From Tubiluchus corallicola (lineage: Eukaryota; Animalia; Priapulida), in contig JAQGDQ010000998.1 of the NCBI GenBank assembly GCA_030141605.1, positions 7,494-71,493 on the forward strand: DNA of 64,000 nt. Reading direction: 5' to 3'. How positions within the stretch are numbered: the first letter of the stretch is position 1; every line of letters begins with the position of its first letter. Positions 1 through 12,285 of the stretch are shown piece by piece. The notes beneath the pieces were generated by a model. That model made no database searches. It saw nothing but the letters and a program-made list of their open reading frames with translations, and was not told the DNA's origin. The position numbers were made by a program, and so were the translations under genes.

Positions 1-170
1 GCTGAAATGAATTGCACAGTAGTACATTTATATTATAATGTACTTTACTATTGAACAAACGTCAATAATAAAATAGTGACTATTGAAGTATAGTAGTTAG
101 CTGTTGAAGTAGTCAAAAAATCGTCAATTCTGAAAACGGAAAGAAAACAGTAACGTTTTGTGAAATCCTA

Positions 171-869
171 GTGCATGCTTTTGTTAGTTCAGGACTGGAT
201 TACTGCAATAGTTTATTACATGGTCTTCCTCTCTACCAAATTCAAAAGCTTCAACACGTACACACAAGTTGTCGGAAATTTGACCATATCACTCCAATAC
301 TCAGGGAACTGCACTGGTTGTCTATTGAGTACAGAATTAAATTTAAAATAAATTTGATAGCTTAAAAAGCAATCAATGGTCTGGCTTCCACTTACATGTC
401 AGACCTTCTTAAACTAAGTGTCCCTTGCAGAGCATTAAGATCTAGCTCAAACAGAAGTAATCTTGAAGTCCCACGTACCAGGCTAGTCATATGCGGAGAT
501 AAATCATTCAGTTCTGCTGCCCCCAAATTGTGGAATTCTTTGCCCGCGCAATTACGCCTGATCAAGCCGCTTGATAATTTTTAAAAAGTCTAAAAACTTT
601 CTATTTTAATGAAGCCTTCTGTGGTTGAGCTGATCTTGCATTTTTTACGATTTTGTATGTTTTATGGCATTGTTTTTATTATTTTACTAAATTTTCCGTA
701 TTTTTATTATTTTTCCGTTTTTATCATATTTGCTTTTAATCAATCAATGTGCCATTGTCTTGAATATCTTATGAATTATTTTTTTAGCAATTGTGATGAT
801 CTTTTATTTGCATTTAATCATGATGTAAAATGGATTAAAAATATTCAATAAATTATTATTATTATTATA
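171..869 (+). mobile_element. 5'-truncated L2/CR1-group LINE 3' end (RT C-terminal remnant, 3'UTR and (TTA)n tail)
   Basis: ORFs 171-365 and 396-584 read LDYCNSLLHGLP..IQKLQ..FDHITPILRELHWL..RIKFK and LRSS..LEVPRTR..GDKSFSSAAPKLWNSLP, the typical ORF2 C-terminus of L2/CR1-clade LINEs. They are interrupted by stops; AATAAA plus (TTA)n follows at ~847-869. Confidence 0.85.
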
Positions 870-1415
870 ACGTTACGTTGAAAGTTTTACCCGTATATAA
901 TTATCGAATTTTATTAGAAATTCTTATCAAGTATAATGCTAGCTAGTGTTGTTATAGTATAAAACGTGTATGTATAACTTTCAGATTTTGGCAGCGACTA
1001 GCCTGTGACCATTTGGAAGTTTGGAATATAGTCGCTGTATTACAATATATTGCAATTATTCTTTATTGGAATTGTTATACATAATGTACAAGTATCATGT
1101 ATACAAGCACCGATGTTTACGTACAACTATTTAAAATTAACTGGTGAATGTGTGGTGATTGCAATAATGTTAAGCCATAAATATACAATATAAACGACAT
1201 CAATGACACACGCATTTCAACACAAAATAAGCATTTTTACAAAACTGTACATATAACATCACAAGCTAAAACCAATCAAAACGTATAACAATGTCACGTT
1301 CATCACAACACAAATAAAAATGTTGTGACCTTTTAAAACCAGTTAAAACTCCCTATCGTTAGAGTAAAATTTTAATATCAGTTACCTAGATGGCATAAAG
1401 AAGTCTGATTTGCTA

Positions 1416-1756
1416 TTTACTTTGTCAACTTTGTGGATTGGACTGTTATAGTTTACTTTGTCTCTATATTTTGTGGGTAGGTCTATTATAGTTTAGTTTG
1501 TCTCTTTACCTTGTGGATAGGTCTATTATAGTTTACTTTGTCTCTTTACCTTGTAGATAGGTCTATTATAGTTTGCTTTGTCTCTTTACCTTATGGATAG
1601 GTCTATTATAGTCTACTTTGTCTCTTTACTTTGTGGATAGGTCTCTTATAGTTTACCTTGTCTTTTTACTTTGTGGATAAGTCTATTGTAGTTTACTTTG
1701 TGGACAGGTCTGTTATAGTTTACTGTATCTCTTTACTTTGTGGATAGGTCCATTAT
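1416..1756. repeat. 40-bp minisatellite, ~8.5 copies
   Basis: Unit tttactttgtctctttaccttgtggataggtctattatag recurs at 1452, 1492, 1532, 1572, 1612 and 1652, with degenerate or shortened copies at the ends. Confidence 0.9.
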
Positions 1757-1758
1757 GA

Positions 1759-1890
1759 CCAGACGGTATAGTCTAGTGGAAAAGCGTCGGCTTTACGTTT
1801 GGCAGGTCATGAGTTTGATACTGATATCAAAGACTTTTAAAATGGTACTTGGTGTTACTCCGCCCGGCGCGTGGAATTTAGGGTAATAAT
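1759..1890 (+). mobile_element. tRNA-derived SINE head plus conserved central domain (MetaSINE/MESC-like)
   Basis: A-box tagtctagtgg (1769-1779) and B-box-like gagtttgatac (1811-1821), then caaagacttttaaaatggtacttggtgttactccgcccggcgc, which resembles the central domain of mollusc Meta/MESC SINEs as I recall it. Confidence 0.6.
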
Positions 1891-1945
1891 AGTCTCTGTT
1901 GTGTAGTTGTAGAATTGTTCATCCAAATCCCGATTTTATACAAAG

Positions 1946-2230
1946 TTTATTTTTATTATTGTTTTTATTATTATTTTTTTATTATTATTGTTACACGGAT
2001 ATCGTCTTTTATTAATGTTTTAAAAGTAGAAATATTTGTTGTTGTTTTTGTTTCAACCGGTAGAGCATTCCACATGCCGATTACTGATTTATTACAGACT
2101 TACGTCCGTATCTATTAACATATTATTAATGCGTATCTGTCTTAGATTACAGCTTGCGTTATGTCGTTGAAGGAAGTCCATATCTTTCAACGGCACCGCA
2201 TATACGATTTATGTAATTGTAGGCAAAGTG
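1946..2230 (-). mobile_element. Degenerate CR1-group LINE 3' fragment
   Basis: Minus strand reads NLRQ..RYGRKS..IGMWNALPVETKTTTNISTFKTLIK, followed by an A-rich/(AAT)n tail at 1946-1990. Confidence 0.6.
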
Positions 2231-2281
2231 TACTGTATATTGTACATACATATCAACACTTTTCTCAAATTAGTTGACAAC

Positions 2282-2400
2282 TAACGATTTCATTAATTAG
2301 TCAGATTATGACTGTGAATGCCAGAGTATTTACACACAGCAATGGTTTATAAACACTGTGGCAATCACAGTCATAATTGAACTAATTAATGACATTGTTA
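2282..2400. repeat. Near-perfect inverted repeat (hairpin, ~50-bp arms)
   Basis: aacgatttcattaattagtcagattatgactgtgaatgccagagtattta pairs with taaacactgtggcaatcacagtcataattgaactaattaatgacattgtt, with a ~17-nt loop. Confidence 0.8.
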
Positions 2401-2755
2401 TATTGACTGTGTAAGGATAATGTATTATTAATTCTATTGTTGCGATTCCTAATTTACCGATCTGGCGTTAGGTCTGCGACAACAACTTGGAAAAATGAAC
2501 TGAGCTTCCTAAGATTATTTTTATTGCACAGTCCTGCACTGAATTAAGTTTTGTCCGTAAAAGTTTGTGAAACGTTTTAAAGAAACATTAACACATAAAT
2601 CAAATGTGGTAAAAGAATCGTTTCGTAAATAAGTATTCTTTTTTCATTTAAGCTTAATCGTCCTTTTACTCCTTTTAAAAATAAATCAGAACTTGTTAAA
2701 AACAATTTCTCCGGCTTTAGTCAGTTTGATCTCACATTTCAGTGAGTGATACTGC

Positions 2756-2983
2756 TCACATTTTAGTTTCAAACAGATGGAATTCGTCTGTACAAAAGGC
2801 GTGATTCGTCTTTTCTTTTTTCTGCTCAGTTGAAGGACTGGGAGGACTGATTCTGGACGATTCGTCTGAGTTTCTGGCCCAGTCTTGAACTTCACCCGAT
2901 ACGAAGACGTTATAGAACATTCCACCTGCGACTTGTATACAAAATGAAATCCAGAAAACGATTTGCCATTCTCTCTGAGTTTG
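2756..2983 (-). CDS. SLC17-like terminal exon
   Basis: ttttcag|QTQREWQIVFWISFCIQVAGGMFYNVFVSGEVQDWA...FETKM*. Confidence 0.9.
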   Translation of the reverse strand, partial: QTQREWQIVFWISFCIQVAGGMFYNVFVSGEVQDWARNSDESSRISPPSPSTEQKKEKTNHAFCTDEFHLFETKM

Positions 2984-5900
2984 CTGAAAAAGAGAAACAC
3001 ACGAAATGTGTAAATGAAGGAATAGGTGGAAGAAAAAGAAAACAAGAATGAAAAAGGAAGGAAAGGGACAGCAAGAAAAGAAAGAAGGAAAGAAAGAAAG
3101 AAAGATTCCGGGATTCTGAAAATGAAAATGAAGGGAGTAAAGTAAGCAGAAAAAGAAAAAAGGCTGAAAGACTAAATGAGTAAAATTTGACAAAATCAGA
3201 ATGAAAGAATGATAGGGTGAATGAATGCGCCAGTGGATGAATGTAAAAACTAAAACAACAACTTATTACTAGATCTTTTTGGTAACTACAGGTTAAGAAC
3301 CTTATTCAGCTAAGAAACATTTTATTGAATGAGAAGTTTTAGTTCTAGGATTAATTAACATGAATGCTGCTTGCTGTTTTTTCCTATTTAATTAGTGTCT
3401 CCTAAATCTGATAGTTTTATGATTGTACTATTTGCATAAGTCAAATAAACAACAGCTTATATACTCACTTGAGTAGTTATTAATCCCACAATGTATGGTG
3501 AAATAATACCAGTGATTGTAGTGATGGTGTTTGACAAACCGAAGATAATACCACCATAACGAGGGGCAATGTCGATCATGTTAGGAAATGCAGAAGTGTA
3601 AGCAAAGCCATACAGACACTGACCAATCACTAAAAGCGTGAGAAATCCCAGCTTCTGGTCGCAACCAAGGTAGCCGCTTACGACCAATAGCATGCCGGGT
3701 AACATCAACCCTGTAACAGCAAAATGTAGAAATGATTTATTGATTTATATTAACATTTTTAGATCATTTTATTAAAAGTAGCAGGTTTCAAAGTATTGAA
3801 ATAATTAGCTACTTTGAAACCTAATAAATGAAACTATATAGCAAAACATAGCCCGGTTCATGACCGAGTGGTATGCATAGGCCCATGCATTGTATTTGAA
3901 TGGAGTGTGATCAAATGATATCATAGAAAGCACGTTCATCCAAATATGTGTGAACTCTGGTGGTTGCTGTGGCTCGAGTAGGCATGCCTTTGATTGTTGG
4001 ATTCTGGTTTGCAGTGGATCGAAGTACATTACATCTGATTATCTAATCATCTAATGGCAAAAAATATGGGAACTTATAAGATTGCGCAGGCACTACCCAG
4101 GACGTTGCAAAGACGACGGACATTTTGTGTGGTCATCATTTTTCTTTCTCTGAGTTCATCGGCCATAATTCCACTGACACTGATTGCAATGGAGCAGGCA
4201 ATCCATGGCATCGCCGAATAAAGACCATTCTGCCAAAATGAAAAAAAGTGCAGTAGTGCCGCCATGTAGTTTCGAAAATACCAAAATCAGCGCATTTGTA
4301 CGGAGAATGAGAAAATAAAAAAATATTTATGTTCGAAATCACAATTAAGATGAAAAATTGGCAACCAAATCGGGATTTGAACTAGAACCATGTGATTACA
4401 CGCATTTTTACTAAGTTTTCAATAAAGAAGCCTATTTGCCTGCACCTGACAGGGAAGTTGTGACAGCTGTCTTTATAATACAAAATTAGCAACATTAAAT
4501 GCATTTTTTCTATTTCAGTCCTAATCATGTTCATGTAAAAATTTATAGGTGAATAGCTTTTTTTCCGTAAAATAGCTCATTCTTTCCTACCTAGATTAGT
4601 AAACTAATTTACGTATGTTACAACTCCACGATTTGCTAAATCTTTTAAATCAAACTAACCTGCTTGATATCAAAGTGCAGAATTTCTCGCATGAACGTTG
4701 GTAGATTTGTTACCAGGGTATAGAAACCCCAGCCCATGGCAGTATGATTGATAACTATGGCCCAGACTGGTAGAGAGGTGAATAAAACTTTCCATGGTAT
4801 GGTATTATCCTGAGTAATGAAAATAAAGCAGATAATAATTATACATTTAAACAAGTATTTTTATGTTCTAGTGGATTAGCAAAACAATTTGGAAAAGCTG
4901 CTATTTGTTTTATAGATATATGTAGCTAAAGTTAGAGTATACCGCATTCACGATGGCATGTAAAAGGTACTTCTGCTCGTTTAGGCCGCGTTTCCACTGC
5001 GCCCGCACAGACACAGACTTTTCTGTTCGCACGTTTTACGTCCGCAAAAGTTGTTTCCATTGGGACCGCAAATATTCCGTAAAATACGTCACAAATGTGC
5101 CAAAAGTTTAGCGAGAAATTCTAAACATGAGACTTTCTAGTAGAAAAAAGATTTTTATGTTGCAGTTTTTACGTCGTGTTTTGTAAGGGAATTTAAACAG
5201 ACTAGTAGCTTTTATTATAAAACTAACAATGTTTTGAAGCTTATTATTTTCTCCCTGTAACAGCACAGCAAAGCAATGCAATATTCAGGGCAAAGTCGAA
5301 ATATTGTGGCAATAGAGAGTATAAATACATTTATATACTACAATTTTAAAAAATGCATGCACCATAGCATCGCAAAATCAAGCCTAAATTTACAGAAACT
5401 TTAATTTAATAACAAAACTACATATTTACTACCTTCAGTATTATGTTGAAAGGCCACTTCGGCCCATAGCTGTCTTGTAAAATCCCTGTGGCTGTATTTG
5501 GGATTACTCTTGTCATACAAAGCAGGCCTGATCTCCACAGCGTGTACGACCTGTTTGTCCTCCATTATAAAAATGAGCTTGTCCGTCCGCAAAAAAAGGT
5601 TGAACAATTAAAGTGCTGATCCGTGCGTATACGTGTCTTTCCGTGCGGACGCAGTGGAAACCAAAGACACGTAAAACAATGGTATTCAAAGGCGGGCCAT
5701 TGTATCAATATTTTTCCGTGAGCATCATACAGAAAAAGTATGTGTCTGTGCGGGCGCAGTGGAAACGCGGCCTTAGATATATTATAAATTACACTTTCTT
5801 TGTAATGCATATTTTTGTACAATACGTCGAACCCCATACGGTACAGTAGGTTAAATGCATACTTGTCATTACATACTTAGAATGCTAACTATAAAACGCC

Positions 5901-8900
5901 GCTATGAAACGGCCTCGTCGGTTCAACTGACTGACGGACAGGTATAATTAACGTCTGAGCACCTCTTCCATAGAGCTAGCATGAAGCACACTAAATTCTG
6001 GCGAAGTTATTTTAGTTTTTCTTTCGTGTTTTTGACGTTTTACTATAACAATTTGTGGAAGGCGATATCAGCTCTATGGCCAACATTACAATACTTACCG
6101 TTTTCAGCTCCCCTCGCAGAGACATTTCAATATAATTTAGTTCTTCTTTGGAGATTCTTGGGTGTTGTTCTGGTGTATCGTAAGCGAAAAATAACCAGAA
6201 TATGAACCAGGCAATTCCACATGAACCTAAAATTTAAACTTGTATCTTTACCTTTTCTGAAGCAACTTTAATTGTAATAATTGAAACTTTCAATTGCATT
6301 TAAAACTCTTTGCAAAACTAATCAATTTACAAAAAATGACCAGTTCAGTTATTAGTATTAGACTGACTTCATTACGACCTTGGGTGACGCTAAACGAATT
6401 TGCGTGAATGTTTGTGGAATCCGTTGGGGCTACTTAGAGTCTTAGATGATCTTCAAAGGCAATTCGTAATCTTTTCAGTTTTTTATCAGCAGATGACGCC
6501 ACGTACTTCGGAAGCAAAACACATACAAAGCACGTATTTCTTCCTCCAATGTAGGACATCTAACTGCAATGATTGCTTTAATTATATACATGTGTCTAAT
6601 GTGGTACGAATAGTAAATGCAATAGGTTTTTTAGCTTACACACCTTGATAACGTTCTATATGTAGTTAATGGTTGTTTACCATAATGGTATCTAAAAAGA
6701 TGCCTCTGCAGATAAAATATTAAGACTTACCCATAACATAAAACACTGCAGGCCAGCCTGGCGAATCACATAAGAAACCCGATAATGGAAAAACGATGAT
6801 ATTACCAACTTGAGAGCCTATAAAACAGTAATGGCAAAGCCTATTATAATACTCAAGACACACACGCATACTGAAGAACAGCTAGTTAGTATCTTATTAA
6901 TGTAGTTGTTAAAGGAAGCCAAAGAATGTCTTATAATCCAATCGCTACTGTTGATATATGACTATATTCCAAAAATTTTCCAGCAAACGAAAGATTAACA
7001 AACCTATGAAACTGAAAAATAGCCACGTTTTAATCTAGCTACTTCTTGTGGTAGTTAAAAATATCAGTTTTTTACCTGCATAGCTTACCTGCAATCGTAA
7101 AAGCTACCAGTTTTGATCTTTCGTAAGGCGGTGCCCAATTTCCCCAAAACACGTGATTGGCAGGGAACACGACTCCCTGAAAAGAAATCAGTTTTCGTGT
7201 TAAGCTTAGGAAAATTTATAAATAATGAGAAAGTCAAGCTGACATAAACTTCACATTGAACATCACGTTTTATAGTCTAACAAGTTTTGAAAGATCTTTG
7301 GGCGGGCAACTACCGACACAAATTTCTTATTGCACTTGTTTAAATTACGAGAAAGGTTATTTTTTACGAAATTACGTACCTCTGAAAAGTAGAAAAGAAG
7401 CACTAACGGAGAAAAGAAAATAGAAAGAAAAAGAGAGAAAAATGAAAAAAGAAGAAACAAGAGAAAAGAGAATAGAAAAGTCTGAGAAAAAAGAAAACAA
7501 AAACGACAAGGAACATAGTAATATTACTGCTGCCTTCTGGTATCGAGTCGTTACAGTACTCCTGCTGACCTGCTACTACTGTCACTTGCTACCATTAATA
7601 GTGCTACCACTAGTGCGCCAATGATTATGAAGATGGCAATGACACTGGCGACAACAACAAGGATGATAAAGCTGATAACTGAAGAGCTCATAACACCGAT
7701 GACAATAAGAATGGTGATGATGATTGCGACGATGACTGTAATAATGGTGATCACGATGACGACAATGATGACGATAACCATGGTGATTACTATGCCGATG
7801 GTAATGATGAACAGAGGTGCTGATATCGATTTTTCAGAAAGATGAAAGGCAAAGAAACGAGAACAAAAAAGCTGAAAATAGAGGGAAAAGAAATTAAGAA
7901 AGGACTCACTAAAACAAGACGCAGTTAGCGCAGTTATTATAAATGCAAAATCTAAATAAATTTACTTCTCCAAGTCCTTGTAACACCCTGATAACAATAA
8001 GTGTCTTATAACTGAAGTTAGCTGCAAGTGGGGTAAGCAGTGCAAGCACACTGACTACCAGCGTGGAGTAACCATACACAGCTCGTCCTCCAAACTTCAA
8101 TGCAAGCCATCCACCTGGCATCTGCGTTACTAGGTAGCCCCAGAAAAACGAGCTAAAAATCAGACCTTGTGTTTGTTTGTCCCATACGAAACTTCCAACC
8201 TGTAAATATCAAGCTGTACTGTGCATGGTATGCTTTTGCATCTGCTTCTGCTTTTTTCTTTCAAAATAACAATTTCCACCGTTTATGACGTTAGAACCTT
8301 TCGAAATACAGTTCATCTTACGATACGGTATGCTTTTGACAGCAAGAAATAATACAAGAAAAATACTATTCTCTGATTAAACTCCATTTTTCTGTTAAAA
8401 TATGTTTAAAATACAAGGTGAATAATAAGCGAACGGTATTACATGTGAAATTTACGCCAGGAGAAATTTGTTTCAGAAAGTTGCATTTCTTACAGAATGC
8501 GTGCTAGTTTTTTCGTCCTTTCCCAATGGACATTGTCCATACTTAGATGCGTTGGTGACCTGCTCGATCCCAGCTTGCTGCCTGACTGCCGTGTTGTTGA
8601 CCATGCAGACCATGGCGACACTCATGTTGAACCTCAACAAGTACACGATGATGAAACCAAAGAAAGCAACGACAGCTAGACCGAATCTTGCGGAAAATAG
8701 CAGTGGTACTAGAAAAAAACATTAGAAAAGCCACACACTAGTCAATACAGGAATTCACCATAAATGTAGACAACATGGTCTATTTGGTAGTAGGACATGT
8801 TAAGCAATTGCTTCTTATATTTTCACCCTGGACATCCTTGCATGCAACACGCTGGCAGTTCGTGAATCTAGTTTCCCTCAGGTCTTTTATCTGCGAAGTT

Positions 8901-9766
8901 CTTTATCAGAAAATTGTTTCCTGTTAACTACAGCCGCCTCATTTCAACAACAACGTCAGCAACGGACGTCCTATGGGTCCTACCACTAGCGAGTTAATTA
9001 CAAAATTTTGTTTTTCTGGTCCTGTAATAATGTTTCAAGTTTCCGGCAACTTGACCACTAAGTTTATCTGCATAAAAAATTGGTTTCGGAATTTAAACAT
9101 CAGCAGCATAAATATTTTGTACAGTTTTAGCTTCTACACTTCTATTAGTTTGCTATACGTGATGAATAGCGCTATAACGTTAAACGTTTCTTTTACGCAA
9201 AGAGCGAATACAAAATTTTTATTTTATATTAAAGCACTACTCAGTACTTGCCTTTTGCTGGGCATTCCACATTGGTGTCTGGTGACTTTTTATCTTCCCC
9301 CATTGTTTTTTCATACACTACATATATGAAACACGACAGCAAATTCGTAAAATGCACTATAGGCTTTGTTAAAACAGACACTTGTTACTAGACGTCACGA
9401 AATGCCTGCAAATAGATGCGCAGATGTTTCCCATCAGTCAGATAAAATAATATATGAAATAATAACAGATAACATTAATGTTACTTACATAATGGGACTT
9501 GTAAAACTGAATATTTCGGATGCCGTTTACTTTTCGGATACACTGAATGAATTCAATAAAAGATGTTTGACAGTCTATTTGATTTTTGGATTAGCAGAAC
9601 AGCACGAATTGCAAGCTCTATACACAGATACGTGTTTAGAAAATAATCTTACAGCTATTACATATACATTTAAGAAACATTTGTATTTCGAATGCATTCA
9701 ATGTCCCGTTCATTTGTAAACGATTAAAGAAGCAGTTTTACTCACCTTACGTAGAATTGTATTCAT
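2756..9766 (-). CDS. SLC17 family (sialin / vesicular glutamate-phosphate transporter-like) MFS anion transporter, multi-exon gene
   Basis: Phase-consistent GT-AG exons: 8494-8708, 7966-8199, 7089-7176, 6731-6817, 6099-6226, 4660-4809, 4097-4229, 3469-3710, 2756-2983. Tentative first exons 9746-9766 (MNTILRK) and 8827-8890 give ~529 aa. SLC17 motifs: RFNMSVAMVCMVN, WDKQTQGLIFSSFFWGYLVTQMPGG, RVLQGLGEGVVFPA, WAPPYERS, GWPAVFY, IPWKVLFTSLPVWAI, DIAPRYGGIIFGLSNT, EWQIVF, SGEVQDWA. Confidence 0.9.
3469..3710 (-). CDS. SLC17-like exon
   Basis: ttacag|LMLPGMLLVVSGYLGCD...NMIDIAPRYGGIIFGLSNT...GLITTQ|gtgagt. Confidence 0.92.
4097..4229 (-). CDS. SLC17-like exon
   Basis: ggcag|NGLYSAMPWIACSIAISVSGIMADELRERKMMTTQNVRRLCNVL(G)|gtagtg. 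Confidence 0.88.
4660..4809 (-). CDS. SLC17-like exon
   Basis: ctcag|DNTIPWKVLFTSLPVWAIVINHTAMGWGFYTLVTNLPTFMREILHFDIKQ|gttagt. Confidence 0.92.
4984..5772 (-). mobile_element. Non-autonomous PIF/Harbinger DNA transposon carrying a MADF (Myb/SANT-like) exon, inside an SLC17 intron
   Basis: Perfect 32-bp TIRs ggccgcgtttccactgcgcccgcacagacaca / tgtgtctgtgcgggcgcagtggaaacgcggcc. TTA target duplication at 4981-4983 and 5773-5775. Internal minus-strand MEDKQVVHAVEIRPALYDKSNPKYSHRDFTRQLWAEVA (ATG 5565) is a MADF N-terminus, the Harbinger accessory protein. Confidence 0.85.
6099..6226 (-). CDS. SLC17-like exon
   Basis: ttttag|SCGIAWFIFWLFFAYDTPEQHPRISKEELNYIEMSLRGELKT|gtaagt. Confidence 0.9.
6731..6817 (-). 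CDS. SLC17-like exon
   Basis: tatag|SQVGNIIVFPLSGFLCDSPGWPAVFYVM(G)|gtaagt. Confidence 0.9.
7089..7176 (-). CDS. SLC17-like exon
   Basis: tttcag|GVVFPANHVFWGNWAPPYERSKLVAFTIA(G)|gtaagc. Confidence 0.9.
7400..7810. repeat. Low-complexity intronic tract (purine-rich, then degenerate CTA/GAT/GAC triplets)
   Basis: GA/AAG-rich 7400-7510; degenerate trinucleotide repeats 7520-7810. Confidence 0.7.
7966..8199 (-). CDS. SLC17-like exon
   Basis: tttacag|VGSFVWDKQTQGLIFSSFFWGYLVTQMPGGWLA...RVLQGLGE|gtaaat. Confidence 0.92.
8494..8708 (-). CDS. SLC17-like exon (TM1)
   Basis: ttttctag|(V)PLLFSARFGLAVVAFFGFIIVYLLRFNMSVAMVCMVNN...STHS|gtaag. Confidence 0.88.
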
Positions 9767-10918
9767 ATTTGTTGACGTATATGAGCGTCTACATGTTTTC
9801 TGTTCGCCACAAAAATATAGTAACTCCTCATTAGCCTTCACATCTGTTGTCATTCCTTTACACTATTATTAGCCTGAATAACAGCGCATCCACTAAAACT
9901 TAGTTTTGTAACTAAATAGGCAAGGATGCAAACAAACGCATAGTTTTGCCTGGCCAGGATTTTAAATCGCAGACTTTTCGAAGCTTCATGTTGGCTTTCT
10001 TATGAAACACACGAAACAAACTTGAAAGCGTTCATGATATTGCGCTAAACTGCACTTAACGTCTAATGGTTGCAAGTTATTTCAAGTTTAATAAATCGTG
10101 ATTTCATCATGAGATATGAGCGTCTTTACAATAGCCTACTATACGCGACATGTAGAACAAACACGTAAATTTTTAAATCTCGAAGATTCTACATTGATTA
10201 TATTTGCGTTAATCAAACTATTGCCATATGGCAATATTGGATATGTATAACTAATGAAGGTTGTATTATTTAACACAGTCTCATAACTTCATTTCTTTGA
10301 AACGCGTGATGCTATGGCCCAACGTGCACAACGCATAAATTGATTTGGTTTTGAAGTGTGGAATGTTAACTGTTGTTAGCCTAAGGAAATGTAAATTAGA
10401 ATTTTACGTTTTTCGCGTTGCAAAAACTTATTTTAGAAACTAACCGATTGGGAAATTATAATAGCTTTCTGTTTTTCATTTATAAAAGAACAAAATAAAA
10501 TTTATTGACTAATTTTAAATCAATGTTATAGAGCAAGTAATTACTAATTCTCAATATGTATAAGAAAAATATATATATTCCAGCACAAAACTAGCGTAAC
10601 CCTATAAATTTAATATAACCAAAAGCTGTAGTACTACTTTGTTGTTCTGGCTTACAATGTTAATGGTTGCGACGCTGGTGAAGATGATGATGATGATGAC
10701 GACAACATTAGCCCAGTTGGGAGGAACTTAGTAGGGCAATCTTCCAGTTTTTGCTGTAAATTTAAAATTTAAAAGTTGAGAAATGTATTATTTCTGTGTC
10801 TGATAACCGATTTAGTTTATCCAGAATTTTTCCACTGTAAAACTGGTGGAGTCATTTGTCCCACAAGTCAGCAGTGTTTTTAAGGCATTGCGCTTCAGCT
10901 TCCGCCGTGCAGAACAGA

Positions 10919-11015
10919 TTGGCTCCCTTCCGTTTTCAAGCAATGCATGTAGACTGGCTCCCTTCGATTTTCAAGCAAAGCATGTAAACTAGCTCCTTCC
11001 ATTTTCAATCAAAAC
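10919..11015. repeat. ~35-bp tandem repeat, ~2.7 copies
   Basis: tggctcccttccgttttcaagcaatgcatgtagac repeated with variants. Confidence 0.7.
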
Positions 11016-11298
11016 TAGGCCACTGTCTTTTGTCAAGCTAAAATTATGTTTCATAAAGTTTCTACCAATACATGATTAGAGATTAGTCACAGATAGTTAT
11101 CTATAGTATTGTATTTTTAAGACAGTAATATATATATAGGTATAGAATTGGTGTACTGAACTATATAGCACATTGCATTTATTTTATCTTTGTTGCTATC
11201 GATGTGTGATTTTGGTAATGTATTTTTGGACTATAGTTTTTTCTGGTTACCCAATATTATAGTGTATTTGACTCGAAATATGTAGAATTATAGTCATT

Positions 11299-11540
<242 letters not shown>

Positions 11541-12099
11541 AATTGGTACAGTGCGAAGACTAGCTCCCTTCCTTCTCTGGAGTTTGTTACTGCCACCTCT
11601 TATGCCAGTATAGTGTGGTTGAAAATTTGAGTAACATTATGCTAAGTAAATGGCTTGATTTGAATTCCAACTGTTGTACCAGCAGGTTGATACAATTCAC
11701 TTGAATTTGATCTGTCCTTTTTGCCCTACTAGTAAAATTCCCTTAAAAATATTCCCTGCTCATTAGTGTTGTGATATAATAAAAATATTTTGTGAGTAAA
11801 CTTGCTGATAAAAAAGGTAGCAATTTTAACTTCCGCAATAATGAATATCTAAACAAATTTTGAATGGCTTTTTCACTGACGTACATTCTAAGGCAGGCAG
11901 ACCAAAATGCCATTGAAAAGTTTTGCAATGAAGTGCTGAAGGAGATAATTCAGCTTTGTATGCTTGATTGTTATAACTGCAGAAAATTTAATATTTTACA
12001 GTTGCAAACTTCATTCCATTACTCTTGTATGAAAACGAATGGGTGTCCCAAGCATGCTCGTGATGCTTCTTGCTTACACTTCAGCTTGCGTATAGCTGC

Positions 12100-12285
12100 A
12101 TATGCGCGGATCACCTGAACATCTACTGCGCATGCGAAGCTTTACCTGGGTACTGAAGCCATTAACTGCGCATAGATCGTCGTATCTGTGTCTTCAGCGT
12201 GATGAGTCGCGTTCACCTGTGATTTACTGAGAATTCATTAGATACCGAGAAGAGCAATTTTTGTACTACAAGACGAGTAAGTAAT
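12100..12285 (+). promoter_or_regulatory. Candidate promoter and non-coding first exon (NRF1/Ewg-like motifs, strong splice donor)
   Basis: actgcgcatgcg at ~12125, with related gcatatgcgc and actgcgcata nearby in a CpG-richer patch; ga|gtaagt donor at ~12277. Inference only. Confidence 0.3.

Noticed and set aside
1416-1756. CRISPR-like array
   Set aside because: Contiguous tandem units with no unique spacers; eukaryotic context; no cas genes.
7263-7845. Hydrophobic or Met/Thr-rich ORFs
   Set aside because: Low-complexity triplet tract inside an SLC17 intron; the flanking exons join without it.
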